Positions 9,593 through 20,168 are shown, counted from the first letter of the stretch. The stretch: 55,360 nt of DNA from Patescibacteria group bacterium (GCA_018818885.1 JAHIRB010000041.1:1-55360); one strand, 5' to 3'. Translations and numbers: made by a program. The notes: generated by a model from the letters alone, not told the origin.

Positions 9593-10399
9593 TTATTCTA
9601 AATCAATCTTTTCTAGTTTGATCTTTTGTCCAAGCCAATTCTGCGCATTTTCCTTAAACCTATCGGTTGAATCAGTAACTATATATCTATGTTCTTTTCC
9701 TTTGACAAGTTTTGATTCAATCTCTGTATGTCTATTTAGATAATCTTTTAAAGATTCTGCAACAATCGCTGATGTATCTAAAACATTGCACGATTTTCCC
9801 ATTATAGACTTTATCTTTTTCTGTAGTATAGGATAATGAGTACACCCCATAATTAAAGTATCGACTTTCTTCAATTTAAGTGGTCTTAAATAATTTCTAA
9901 GTATCATTTTTGTCTCACGTCGATTTTGCATGCCTTCTTCTACTATAGGAACAAGTAATGGACATGCTGCTTGGCTAACAATAACATCTTGCTTTTGATT
10001 TTTTAGTTCTTTGATATAACTTTCTGAACTGATTGTTCCGCGGGTACCAATTACTCCAACTCGACCAAAACGGCTTACCTTTGCTGCCTCTTCTACCACC
10101 GGCCGAATTACACCAAGCACTCGCCTGTCCGGATAATTCTTAGGCAGCCATTCCTGCTGTATTTTCCTTAAAGCTTCTGACGATGCTGTATTACATGCGA
10201 TAATGACTAGCTGACAACCTTGCTTAAATAAATAATCAACAGCTTGTACTGTAAATTTGTATATCAAAGCCTGTGAACGGTTACCGTAAGGTAACCGCGC
10301 AGTATCGCCTAAATATAATATTTGATAGTCTGGAAGTGTCTTTAATACTTCCTTAACTACAGTTAACCCACCAATTCCTGAATCAAAAATTCCTATCAT
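9593..10399 (-). CDS. murI: Glutamate racemase
   Basis: MIGIFDSGIGGLTV; catalytic cysteine motifs ACNTAS and GCTHYP. Confidence 0.97.
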   Translation of the reverse strand: MIGIFDSGIGGLTVVKEVLKTLPDYQILYLGDTARLPYGNRSQALIYKFTVQAVDYLFKQGCQLVIIACNTASSEALRKIQQEWLPKNYPDRRVLGVIRPVVEEAAKVSRFGRVGVIGTRGTISSESYIKELKNQKQDVIVSQAACPLLVPIVEEGMQNRRETKMILRNYLRPLKLKKVDTLIMGCTHYPILQKKIKSIMGKSCNVLDTSAIVAESLKDYLNRHTEIESKLVKGKEHRYIVTDSTDRFKENAQNWLGQKIKLEKIDLE

Positions 10400-10409
10400 A
10401 AATTTAATT

Positions 10410-11804
10410 TTATCCGCTCTTCCATTCCTTTCCAATTTCTGGGTGTTTATCTAAATAACCTTTTAAAATTTCTTTTAATTCTTCCATCCTTTCTTGTGTT
10501 TTAGCTTCAACACATAATGTCATTACAGGCATGTTTGAAGATGCCCTAACTAAAAACCATCCATCATCAAATTGTACGCGTGCGCCATTAATATCAATAA
10601 CCTTATCTCCGTAGACTTTTTTCAATTCCTCAACAAGTTTTTCGATAATTTCATACTTAATTTCATCTGCACAATCAACATGGATAGTTGGAGTTTTTAT
10701 GTATTGTGGAGTATTTAACATAATTTCTGAAAAAGGCTTCTCTTGAGTGGTTAGATATTCTAGAATTTTTAATGAGGCAAAAACAGCATCATCATAATCA
10801 TAATAGCCATAACGATAAAAAATGTGGCCACTACCCTCACCTCCCAAAACTGCATCCACCTCTTTACTTTTTTGTTTAATATACGAATGGCCAGTCTTCC
10901 ACATAACAGGTTTTCCGCCATGTGCTTTGATGTCTTCTATTAGTGCCTGAGATGCTTTCACATCAAAAACGACTGATGAACCAGGCTTTGCTTTTAACGC
11001 TAAGCGAGCTAATAGAATCATAGCATTGTCTGGAAATACTACCTGGCCTTTTTCATCACATAAACCAATTCTATCTCCATCGCCATCATAGCCTAAACCA
11101 ATATCAGCTTTTTCTTTAAGCACTGTTTTTGCTAAAATCTCTTGTGACTCCACTAAAGTAGGGTTTGGTTCGTGATTGGGAAAATTAAAATCAATATCAC
11201 AAAACTTCTCAACTACTTCACAACCAGCTTCTCTTAAAACTTGAGGTACAATTTCACCAGCAGTACCATTACCGCAGTCAACTACTACTTTTATTTTTTT
11301 CTTCAAATTTATTTTAGGTAAAATATAATTTTTGTAATCATCATTGATGCCTTCATATTTTTTTAATTCACCCTCTCCAGAAACAAAATCATCCTCTAAT
11401 ACAATTTTATACATTTCCTGTATATCATCAGGTAGCAAAGTAGTAGAAAAATCATAACCTAACTTAAAACCACTCCACCCATTAGGATTATGGGATGCCG
11501 TGATCATTGCTCCACCCTTAAATTTAAAGTGGTATTGAGCAAAATATAAAACTGGTGAAATAACCATTCCAACATCTGTAATGTTGGCCCCAGAAGCTAA
11601 CATTCCCTTAACAATTGCATCTTTTAAACGTTCAGAATATTCACGCGCATCGTATCCAACGACTACGTCTTTTACACTTCGCCTATTTAAAAAACTAGCA
11701 AATGCCTTGCCAATAATCTCTGCAGATGCTTCATTTATTTCTTTATCATTAACACGTCCACGAATATCATATTCACGAAACATGGTCTTTTCTAATTGTG
11801 CCAT
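10410..11804 (-). CDS. Phosphomannomutase/phosphoglucomutase
   Basis: FREYDIRG, TASHNP, DGDGDR, GEGSGH. Confidence 0.95.
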   Translation of the reverse strand: MAQLEKTMFREYDIRGRVNDKEINEASAEIIGKAFASFLNRRSVKDVVVGYDAREYSERLKDAIVKGMLASGANITDVGMVISPVLYFAQYHFKFKGGAMITASHNPNGWSGFKLGYDFSTTLLPDDIQEMYKIVLEDDFVSGEGELKKYEGINDDYKNYILPKINLKKKIKVVVDCGNGTAGEIVPQVLREAGCEVVEKFCDIDFNFPNHEPNPTLVESQEILAKTVLKEKADIGLGYDGDGDRIGLCDEKGQVVFPDNAMILLARLALKAKPGSSVVFDVKASQALIEDIKAHGGKPVMWKTGHSYIKQKSKEVDAVLGGEGSGHIFYRYGYYDYDDAVFASLKILEYLTTQEKPFSEIMLNTPQYIKTPTIHVDCADEIKYEIIEKLVEELKKVYGDKVIDINGARVQFDDGWFLVRASSNMPVMTLCVEAKTQERMEELKEILKGYLDKHPEIGKEWKSG

Positions 11805-11883
11805 AATAATTCTTTAATATTTAATTTAGATAAAGTAGATCAGGAACATTCTCCCTGACCTACTTTTAATTTTATATTATTCT

Positions 11884-13032
11884 TTACCGTAACTCAGATA
11901 ATATTGATTTTTTTACTTCAAGCAGTGCTCCCATAGCCCACATAACAGCTAATATAGCTAGTATCCAACCAATTATTGGAATACTAAATACAATATCACA
12001 AATAACTAAACCTAAGATCATTGGCCAAATCATTGTTTTTTTGTATTTGCCCTTGGTTAACCAATTTACTAACAATAGACCAACTGTAACTCCAACAAAA
12101 ATTCCAGAAAGGTAGATCGCTATAAAATACATTGGAATTAAGATCATTCCCAGCGGAATACCGATTATAGTAATTATTAGCAATAATATGACAATTGGCG
12201 TCAAAATAAGATAGATCAAACCCCAACCCAAACTTCGTCCTGGTGCTTTTGTCATTTGAACACTTACTTGAGTAACTACCTTTGGCGCTAAACTAATCAA
12301 AACTAAACCTACAATAAACATTCCAAACAATGATACTAATTTACCAAAAAAGTATATTGCACCAAATGCAGGGGCAGCTTTTACTCTAGCTGATGTTACT
12401 GTTTTGTGTTTTGTTTCGCCAGCAACTTCTACATTCTCATTTATATCTACTTGGTCTAAAGTTGCCGCTAAATAATTAAAATCACCACCTACTTTAGTTC
12501 CAGATCTCAAAGTAGCATAACCATCAGCACCTAAATTTATATCAAGGTCTTTTCCAACTTCATTTGTAAATATGATATTGCCACCAGCAATATTTATATT
12601 ACCATTTACTTTTCCATTTACTACCACGTTTCCACCAGCTGCAATCAAATCCCAACCTACCTCTGCGCTGTCTGAAAGTTCTAGTGTTCCGCCAGCTGCA
12701 TTTACGTTTCTTTCTACATAGCCAGAAATTACTACATCACCACCAGCTACACGCACACTCCCCATAACATCTCCTTTAACTTTTATATTTCCGCCTATGA
12801 CAAAAACATCACCAGCAACAGGGCCAGAAATAGTAATTGTTCCACCAAGCACAATAACGTCGCCATTAACTGCACCGTCAATAGTGGCTGTACCAACTGT
12901 TTTAATTAAATTTCCATCGAGCACTTCGTCTTCTGCTAAATAAAAATTGTCGTCTGCTGCAGAATAGGCAAAAGTAAATAACGGTAAGCCCAATAGTAGC
13001 ATCACGATTGCAAGAATCTTTAATTTTTTCAT
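11884..13032 (-). CDS. Membrane protein with bactofilin-like beta-helix repeats and C-terminal TMs
   Basis: Signal peptide; repeated GxVxGDV..GG units; four C-terminal TMs. Confidence 0.75.
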   Translation of the reverse strand: MKKLKILAIVMLLLGLPLFTFAYSAADDNFYLAEDEVLDGNLIKTVGTATIDGAVNGDVIVLGGTITISGPVAGDVFVIGGNIKVKGDVMGSVRVAGGDVVISGYVERNVNAAGGTLELSDSAEVGWDLIAAGGNVVVNGKVNGNINIAGGNIIFTNEVGKDLDINLGADGYATLRSGTKVGGDFNYLAATLDQVDINENVEVAGETKHKTVTSARVKAAPAFGAIYFFGKLVSLFGMFIVGLVLISLAPKVVTQVSVQMTKAPGRSLGWGLIYLILTPIVILLLIITIIGIPLGMILIPMYFIAIYLSGIFVGVTVGLLLVNWLTKGKYKKTMIWPMILGLVICDIVFSIPIIGWILAILAVMWAMGALLEVKKSILSELR

Positions 13033-13188
13033 ATTATTTTTAATTAACTTATTACAGACTTCTCCTATACCCTTATTATAATCAATAAAAGCTTGGAGAA
13101 GGTGACCCGTAGATTCCGTGTTTTCACCTCTTAAAATTAAGGAATTATACGGGTCGGATGAGGGTTAATATTTATCGAATATATTATA

Positions 13189-13824
13189 TCAATATTTTGC
13201 GATTATTACAAGATTTCTTTTGTTTTTTTGGCTTTTGACTATGGTAAGTCCTGCCTCTTTAATTAAATCATCTAGCTCTTTCTTACCAAAATTATGGTAA
13301 TACCGCATAACTTTTTCCTTTTTAATTCTCCAAGGAATATAATAATCACCTTTTTCAAGTTCTGTTGCTTTTTGTTTGTGCTGATAATCATCCAAATTCC
13401 AATTAGTCATTAGTAGCATGCCACCTTCTTTGAGTAATTTTTTAATGTTTTTAAGTATTTTTAATCTTAATGATTTTGATGGTATGTGATGTAAGATTGC
13501 GATCACTAAAATTTTATCAAAACTTTTTTTTGGAAGATCCAGTTTTGTGATATCTTGATTTATGAATTTATAATTTGGATACAATCCTTGAGCATTTTTG
13601 ATTAATGATGTACAATTATCTAGTCCTACATAGTTTATTTTCTTATTTTTTAGTAATGGAACTATACGCCCCTGACCGCATCCCAAATCTAAAACAGTAT
13701 CATTGTTCTTGATATATTTGATAAGTGATTTTTCTTCAGACCAGATCTTTTGTCTGACACGCGCGATGGCTGTGTAGTCTGCCTTGACTTTGTTGAGTAT
13801 TTGTGTGATTTTATTTTGATCCAT
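13189..13824 (-). CDS. SAM methyltransferase, Trm9/ALKBH8-like
   Basis: LDLGCGQGR, IAILHHIP..RL, GGMLLMTNW, GDYYIPW, RYYHNF..EL. Confidence 0.8.
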   Translation of the reverse strand: MDQNKITQILNKVKADYTAIARVRQKIWSEEKSLIKYIKNNDTVLDLGCGQGRIVPLLKNKKINYVGLDNCTSLIKNAQGLYPNYKFINQDITKLDLPKKSFDKILVIAILHHIPSKSLRLKILKNIKKLLKEGGMLLMTNWNLDDYQHKQKATELEKGDYYIPWRIKKEKVMRYYHNFGKKELDDLIKEAGLTIVKSQKNKRNLVIIAKY

Positions 13825-13966
13825 AATTTATCTTGTGATTAAGCGATGAAAGTAAAGTTTCTTATTGCGATAAAGCAATACAGTTAACTTTATCGCTCCA
13901 TCGCTCTATTGCTTAAACGTATTAACCATATTAACAGTATTTACCTTATAACATTACGTAATAACC

Positions 13967-15595
13967 ATGCCTTCCAAGCTCGAAAAAATTATTTTACAAC
14001 TAACACGCGCCGATATAAAAACCCGCGCAGACTTAGTCGTGACTAAACGAAAAATAACAAATAGCCTCAAAATACCACCTCCTCAAAATTCAGATCTTAT
14101 CAAAACCTATCGTAAGTTACTTAAAGCAAAAAAAATCAAAGAAAATAAAACTTTATTTAGTCTTTTAAAAAAACGCGAAATAAGAACTCTTTCTGGGGTT
14201 GCTCCAATAGCTGTTTTGACCAAATCTTATCCTTGTCCAGGAAAATGCATTTACTGTCCAACTGAAAATAAAATGCCCAAGAGTTATCTTTCTAATGAGC
14301 CAGCGGTAATGCGCGCAATTTTAAATAAATTTGACCCATACAAACAAGTTGAAATGAGGCTTCTTGCTTTGCAAGCAAACGGACATCCTACCGATAAATG
14401 CGAGTTGATCATACTTGGTGGTACTTGGTCTGCACTGACAAAGCCATATCAAACAAAATTTATCAAGCGCTGTCTTGATGCCATGAATAAAAAAGCTGCA
14501 GATGACTTACCTACTGCACAAAAAAGAAATGAACGAGCGAAACATCGCTGCATCGGAATTACTATCGAAACTAGACCCGATTACATTACAGTTGACGAGA
14601 TTAAGCGTTTACGAGAATTAGGCGTAACTAAAGTTGAACTAGGTGTACAAAACTTAAATGACTCTATATTAAAGATAAACAGACGCGGACATAATGTCAA
14701 ACAAACAATTCAAGCAACCAAACTACTAAAAGATACTGGATTCAAAGTAGGTTATCACTTAATGTCAAATCTGCTCGGCGCGACATTGCGATCTGATCTA
14801 GCTATGTTTAAAAAATTATTTTCTGACGATAAGTTTAAACCTGACTATTTAAAACTATACCCTTGCGTTGTAACAAAAAACACCAAACTTTTCACACTTT
14901 GGAAACAAGGTAAATATAAACCACACACAGATAAACAACTACGAAATTTGATTATCAATATTAAAAAAATAGTTCCTTATTATGTTCGCATTAGTCGCGT
15001 AATACGTGACATTCCGACAGAAAGCATAATTGCCGGTAACAAAATATCAAATTTGCGACAATTACTAGCTGATGATTTAAAAGAAAAAATGATAGTATGC
15101 AAGTGTATTCGTTGCCGTGAAGTCGGGCACCAACAAAATATTACAAACACTTTCTCCCGTCGAAGGCTCGCCTCGCTTCGCGGTCGAAGCGGACGTCTCG
15201 CCGAGACCAAACAACTGCGAATAAAAAAATATTCTGCTTCAGACGGTATTGAATATTTTTTAAGTTTTGAAAGCAATGCAGGTAAAGTTTTGTATGCATT
15301 TTTAAGATTGCGTATCCCTAGATTAATCAACTCTGACTTAACCACTTTACTACCTGAACTTGAAAATGCAGCCTTGATTCGTGAACTTCATACATATGGA
15401 CACCTAACTCCTATTGATAAAAAGGGCAAAGTTCAACATACTGGCATGGGCAAAAAATTAATGCTGGAAGCTGAAAAAATATGCAAAAAACACAATGTAA
15501 ACAAAATAACTATTATTTCAGGAGTTGGAGTTAGACCATACTATAAAAAACTTGGGTATAAGTTAGAAAATACCTATATGACTAAATCTCTCTAA
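13967..15595 (+). CDS. elp3: Elp3 radical SAM / acetyltransferase (tRNA U34 carboxymethylation)
   Basis: RTLSGVAP, CPGKCIYCP, GGTW, ETRPD, ELGVQ, CKCIRCRE, IRELHTYG, QHTGMG, ISGVGVRPYYKKLGY. Confidence 0.95.
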   Translation: MPSKLEKIILQLTRADIKTRADLVVTKRKITNSLKIPPPQNSDLIKTYRKLLKAKKIKENKTLFSLLKKREIRTLSGVAPIAVLTKSYPCPGKCIYCPTENKMPKSYLSNEPAVMRAILNKFDPYKQVEMRLLALQANGHPTDKCELIILGGTWSALTKPYQTKFIKRCLDAMNKKAADDLPTAQKRNERAKHRCIGITIETRPDYITVDEIKRLRELGVTKVELGVQNLNDSILKINRRGHNVKQTIQATKLLKDTGFKVGYHLMSNLLGATLRSDLAMFKKLFSDDKFKPDYLKLYPCVVTKNTKLFTLWKQGKYKPHTDKQLRNLIINIKKIVPYYVRISRVIRDIPTESIIAGNKISNLRQLLADDLKEKMIVCKCIRCREVGHQQNITNTFSRRRLASLRGRSGRLAETKQLRIKKYSASDGIEYFLSFESNAGKVLYAFLRLRIPRLINSDLTTLLPELENAALIRELHTYGHLTPIDKKGKVQHTGMGKKLMLEAEKICKKHNVNKITIISGVGVRPYYKKLGYKLENTYMTKSL

Positions 15596-15636
15596 ATTTG
15601 CATGAGTTACGATAATATCATATAATATCTTTACAT

Positions 15637-16275
15637 ATGAATCAAAAAGAATTAAAAACCATAACAAATTTACTTTTTGAAAGCGGAATGCTAAAACGCC
15701 AGAAAGAAGTTGGTTCGTATTTCGCTGGCGTTGATGCAGACTCTACTAGTATCGCTGACCATATAATGCGAACCTGTTTGATCGCTTATTTTTTAGCTCA
15801 CGCTGAAGGAGCCGATCCGCAAAAATGTGTCATGATATGCCTCTTTCACGACTTACACGAAACAAGAGTTACCGATCTACCAAAAGTAGCTTCAAGATAT
15901 ATCAACAAAGATGAAGCAGAAAAGAAAGCTTTTTATGACCAAACAAAAGAATTACCAAATAAAATAAAAAAAGAAGTGAGGGAGTTGTGGTCAGAAGTTG
16001 AAAAACTAAAGACCTTAGAAGGAATAGTTGCCGAAGATGCAGATAGACTGGAGCATGCTATTTCTGCCAGAGAATATGTAAACATTGGCTATCAAGGCAT
16101 GCAAAATTGGATAAACAATGTTAAAAAAGCTGTTAATACTAATTCTGCCAAAGAATTTATAAAAATAATTGAAAAATCAGATCTTAACGACTGGTATAAA
16201 GGATTAAAAAAGTTAAACTATAAAAAAGTAAATCCAAAATCATTCGCATCAAAAAAGAATAAAAAAAATAATTAA
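15637..16275 (+). CDS. HD-domain hydrolase (YfbR/HDDC2-like)
   Basis: SIADH, FHDLHE, DADRLE. Confidence 0.85.
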   Translation: MNQKELKTITNLLFESGMLKRQKEVGSYFAGVDADSTSIADHIMRTCLIAYFLAHAEGADPQKCVMICLFHDLHETRVTDLPKVASRYINKDEAEKKAFYDQTKELPNKIKKEVRELWSEVEKLKTLEGIVAEDADRLEHAISAREYVNIGYQGMQNWINNVKKAVNTNSAKEFIKIIEKSDLNDWYKGLKKLNYKKVNPKSFASKKNKKNN

Positions 16276-16286
16276 AATATTATATT

Positions 16287-17582
16287 ATGAAAAATTTGCA
16301 AAAAAATGATCCTGCAGCATATGATGCTGTTAAGCAAGAATTAAAAAGAATTAGAGAGGGAATCGAACTTATACCATCGGAAAACTTTGTTTCTGTGAAT
16401 GTTCTAGAAGCCATGGGAACAATTTTTACTAATAAATATTCAGAAGGCTATCCTCAAAAAAGATATTATGGCGGAAACCAAGTAGTTGATATTGTTGAAC
16501 AAATGGCAATTGATCGTGCCAAAGAACTATTTGGCGCAGAACACGTTAATGTCCAGCCTTATTCTGGATCTCCTGCCAACATGGCAGTTTTTTTCGCACT
16601 TATGGAACCAGGCGAAAAGTTTATGGGACTTGATCTTAACGCAGGCGGGCATTTGACTCACGGCTCGCCAGTAAATTTTTCTGGTAAACTATTTCATTGC
16701 ATTCCATACAATGTTAAAAAAGATACTCAAATTTTAGATATGGATGAAGTTCGCGAAATAGCTTTAAGAGAGAAACCTAAAATGATTCTTTCAGGATTGA
16801 CTGCCTACCCGCGTAAATTAGATTTTGAAGCTTTCCAAAAAATTGCTGATGAAGTCGGTGCCTATCATTTTTCTGATATCTCTCATATTGCTGGGCTTTG
16901 CTCAGCTGGAGTACATCAAAACCCAGTTCCTTATTGTGATGTAGTGACTACAACAACTCATAAAACATTACGTGGTCCACGTGGTGCAATGATTATGTCA
17001 AAAATCGAAGATAAATATCACGATAAATATCATCCAGAAAGTAAAAAGAATTTAGCGGAATTGATAGATTTTAATGTTTTCCCAGGAATCCAAGGTGGTC
17101 CTCACGATCACATTACCTTAGCTAAGGGTGTAGCTTTTGGTGAAGCCTTAAAGCCAGATTTTAAAAACTATGCTGAACAAATTGTCAAAAACGCTAAAGC
17201 TCTAGCAGACGAACTAATTAGTCAGGGTTTGACTTTAGTGACAGGCGGAACTGACAATCATTTGATGGTTATTGACTTGTGTGGAAATGATCTTACTGGC
17301 AAGGGCAAAGAAGTACAAAACGCACTTGAAAAAGCAGAAATATATGTTAACAAAAACACAGTTCCTTACGAACCAGCATCCCCATTCAACCCAAGCGGAA
17401 TTAGGCTTGGTACACCTGCTGTTACTTCTCGCGGAATGACTGAAAATGATATGAAAATAATAGCTAAAGGAATTGCAGATGTAGTCAAAAATCATGAAGA
17501 CGAAACTATACTCAATGACGTAAGAAAAAGAATGCAAGAATTGACTTCGAAGTATCCGTTGTATTCGGAGTTAGATATTTAA
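16287..17582 (+). CDS. glyA: Serine hydroxymethyltransferase
   Basis: LIPSENF, NKYSEGYP..RYYGG, GGHLTHG, TTTTHKTLRGPRG. Confidence 0.98.
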   Translation: MKNLQKNDPAAYDAVKQELKRIREGIELIPSENFVSVNVLEAMGTIFTNKYSEGYPQKRYYGGNQVVDIVEQMAIDRAKELFGAEHVNVQPYSGSPANMAVFFALMEPGEKFMGLDLNAGGHLTHGSPVNFSGKLFHCIPYNVKKDTQILDMDEVREIALREKPKMILSGLTAYPRKLDFEAFQKIADEVGAYHFSDISHIAGLCSAGVHQNPVPYCDVVTTTTHKTLRGPRGAMIMSKIEDKYHDKYHPESKKNLAELIDFNVFPGIQGGPHDHITLAKGVAFGEALKPDFKNYAEQIVKNAKALADELISQGLTLVTGGTDNHLMVIDLCGNDLTGKGKEVQNALEKAEIYVNKNTVPYEPASPFNPSGIRLGTPAVTSRGMTENDMKIIAKGIADVVKNHEDETILNDVRKRMQELTSKYPLYSELDI

Positions 17583-17684
17583 GTTAATTATAGTATATTG
17601 GAGAGATTATAAAAATTAGAGTTGTCGTAATATTGTGCTCTAATCGCTATAATAACTCCAATCTCTCCAATCGCTATTGACATA

Positions 17685-18527
17685 ATGACTCAACAACAAA
17701 CAATAATCTTTGATGGTCAAAAAGCAGCCCAAAAAATCTTAGAAGAAATAAAAAGCAAAGTTTCTTCAAAAGACAAAAAACCAGGATTGGCTGCTATTTT
17801 GATTGGTGACGACAGGCCATCTCATATCTATGTTAAAAACAAAGAAAAAGCTTGTCAATTTTGTGATATCACATTTCACAAATATTTTTTAGAAGAAAAT
17901 ACACCTCAAAAAGAACTTCTTTGCTGTATCGAATTTCTAAATAAAGATCCAGATATTGATGCTATAATTGTTCAGTTACCATTACCAAAACAATTTGATG
18001 TTGAGAAAGTAATTTCTAGCATTGATCCAAAAAAAGATGTTGACGGATTTCATCCTCAAACAATAAAAGACATTATGGCTGGAAAGCCTGGTATTAATTC
18101 TGCTTTAGTGCAAGCCATCAGAGAGATCCTCAAACAAACCGAACAAGACTTAAATGGTAAAAAAATGATACTAGTTTCAAATTGCGATATTTTCTATAAT
18201 ACCTTTGTCAAAGAGCTAGAAGATTTAATGTTAGATATTGAAGTTATTTTTTCTGACAACAAAAAATTAGAACAAAAAACAAAATCAGCTGAAATTTTAG
18301 TAAGTGCTGTTGGCAAGGCAAAATTTATTACAAGAAGTATGGTAAAAAAAGACGCCATAGTAATTGATGTGGGAACAAGTTTAGTTGGTAAAAAATTTGT
18401 AGGAGACGTAAATTTTGAAGAAGTGAAAAAAATAGCATCCTTTATCACGCCGGTACCAGGCGGTGTCGGCCCTATGACAGTAGCCATGCTTTTAAAAAAC
18501 GTCTACGAACTATCACAAAATAACTAA
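17685..18527 (+). CDS. folD: Methylene-THF dehydrogenase/cyclohydrolase
   Basis: YVKNK, IVQLPLP, KDVDGFHP, ITPVPGGVGPMT. Confidence 0.95.
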   Translation: MTQQQTIIFDGQKAAQKILEEIKSKVSSKDKKPGLAAILIGDDRPSHIYVKNKEKACQFCDITFHKYFLEENTPQKELLCCIEFLNKDPDIDAIIVQLPLPKQFDVEKVISSIDPKKDVDGFHPQTIKDIMAGKPGINSALVQAIREILKQTEQDLNGKKMILVSNCDIFYNTFVKELEDLMLDIEVIFSDNKKLEQKTKSAEILVSAVGKAKFITRSMVKKDAIVIDVGTSLVGKKFVGDVNFEEVKKIASFITPVPGGVGPMTVAMLLKNVYELSQNN

Positions 18528-18560
18528 ACATACTCACACACCCATACTTACCCAACCCGT

Positions 18561-18778
18561 CTCTCTCTCCCTTTGCGGGAGAGGGAACAAGGGTGAGGGG
18601 TGTACTACTCCGTTTCCTCCCCCTTAAGATAAGGGGGAGATAGAGGGGGTTATGATGCAATAAAAAAAGCCCCGCATTCACGGGACTTTTTTGTATTTAG
18701 TTACTCTTTTAATTATGAGTGTAGGCGCCTTATTCTGTTTCCCCTCTCCTAAGATAGGAGAGGATTAGGGAGAGGTAT
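18561..18778. repeat. Cluster of CCCCT..AAGGGG..AGGGG palindromes (also 20089-20131, 36483-36519)
   Basis: For example CTCCCCCTTAAGATAAGGGGGAGATAGAGGGGGTTATGA. Confidence 0.75.
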
Positions 18779-18825
18779 GATGCTAAGATAAAGAGTGTTC
18801 ACGTAATAATTTTGCATCACTTAAT

Positions 18826-19269
18826 TTATGATTGATCTGGAATTGTTGGTACTGGTGGAGACGTAGGAGCTTGGGGAGTTTGGCTAGGGACGTCTGGTTG
18901 TGATTCATTTTGCTTACCAGCAAATGCTGCAGCTGCTAAAGATATTGCAATTCCAACCCACATAACCCAATTTGATAAAAATGCAACGTATCCTCCTGCA
19001 AACCACGGTGCAGTAATAGCAAGATCAAAAATTAATGTAATACCTAATAATATTGCTCCATACTTTAAACCTTCAATCATACCACCACCATATTTTTTCA
19101 AAATCATTTTTGTCACAAAATACCCTATGGCTGCAGCCAAAATCCATTCTAAAATCCAATAAAGCCAAGGTATACTCTCTAGCGTAAACATCAAAATCGA
19201 AATAACTACAAAAAATACTGCCCAAACTGCTGCTCCTATTAAGACTAAAATTTTCCATTTTTCGATCAT
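18826..19269 (-). CDS. Hypothetical 4-TM membrane protein with Pro-rich tail
   Basis: Hydrophobic segments; overlaps the stop of the upstream gene. Confidence 0.7.
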   Translation of the reverse strand: MIEKWKILVLIGAAVWAVFFVVISILMFTLESIPWLYWILEWILAAAIGYFVTKMILKKYGGGMIEGLKYGAILLGITLIFDLAITAPWFAGGYVAFLSNWVMWVGIAISLAAAAFAGKQNESQPDVPSQTPQAPTSPPVPTIPDQS

Positions 19270-19652
19270 ATTTTTTTTTTAATTATCTTAGAAAAAATTA
19301 TATAAAAAGTTGAGTATAAGAATACGACAATAACAAATGATATTATTATAAATATGGTAGTATTAATGCTCAAATATTTTCTACCAATAAATAAAATGAG
19401 TAATAGATTAAGTAAAAGTCCGACAGAATATCTTAAATAACTATTTATATTTCTACTGTTAGTCTTTACTTTCTTAGTGTTAACTCCCAAATAGCCTATA
19501 CCAATAATTATTGGCAATATTATGGTACCTATTACCATCTCTTTTATATAGAATCGCATACCGCTTAACACCAAAAATGACCAGACTGTTACTATTATTA
19601 ATATTAACAAGCCACCATATAAAATAATATTCGAAAATTTTTTATTGTACAT
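19266..19652 (-). CDS. Hypothetical 4-TM membrane protein
   Basis: Hydrophobic; start overlaps the cutA stop. Confidence 0.6.
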   Translation of the reverse strand: MYNKKFSNIILYGGLLILIIVTVWSFLVLSGMRFYIKEMVIGTIILPIIIGIGYLGVNTKKVKTNSRNINSYLRYSVGLLLNLLLILFIGRKYLSINTTIFIIISFVIVVFLYSTFYIIFSKIIKKKI

Positions 19653-19960
19653 TATTTAATTTCTTTATTTAACCACTCCTGTGCCTTCTTATTTAGCTTT
19701 ATCTCTTCAACAGAAATTACCGGCACACTATAACTATGCAAGGTTGAAATTATTTTTTCGATTTTCGATAAATTGTTTTTTAATGTTTTAAAAACTATCG
19801 CTACTTCCCCACTCTGTTCTAATTTCTTTTTCCATAAATATAAAGATTGAACTGGAAAAATGTTAGCACATGCCACTAATTTATTCTTTAATAATGCATT
19901 CGAAATCTTTTTCGCTTCTGCATTATTTTTGCATGTTAAGTATATTGATATTGCCTTCAT
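19652..19960 (-). CDS. cutA: Divalent cation tolerance protein CutA
   Basis: EAKKIS.ALL..KLVACANI...SLYLW, LHSYSVP. ATG 19960; the ORF-track extension is a repeat. Confidence 0.92.
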   Translation of the reverse strand: MKAISIYLTCKNNAEAKKISNALLKNKLVACANIFPVQSLYLWKKKLEQSGEVAIVFKTLKNNLSKIEKIISTLHSYSVPVISVEEIKLNKKAQEWLNKEIK

Positions 19961-19970
19961 ATCTTTTACT

Positions 19971-20011
19971 GTCATTGCGAGCCCAAGTGCGTACGAGGGC
20001 GTAGCAATCTC
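19971..20011. repeat. GTCATTGCGAG..GCAATCT palindrome (relatives ~36548, 52818, 54078)
   Basis: Shared (G)TCAT(T/C)(G/C)(C/T)GA..ATCT frame. Confidence 0.6.
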
Positions 20012-20168
20012 CCCGCCCGTCACAAAACAATAAACCCATACTTAAATATGACAACGCGATCTATGCTCACCTGACTCACTTAGCACGTCTCCCCCTCTTA
20101 AGATAAGAGGGGGAACAAGGGGGCGTTATGATGCTGATTATACAAAATGTTTGGGCACGCCAAAAGGA

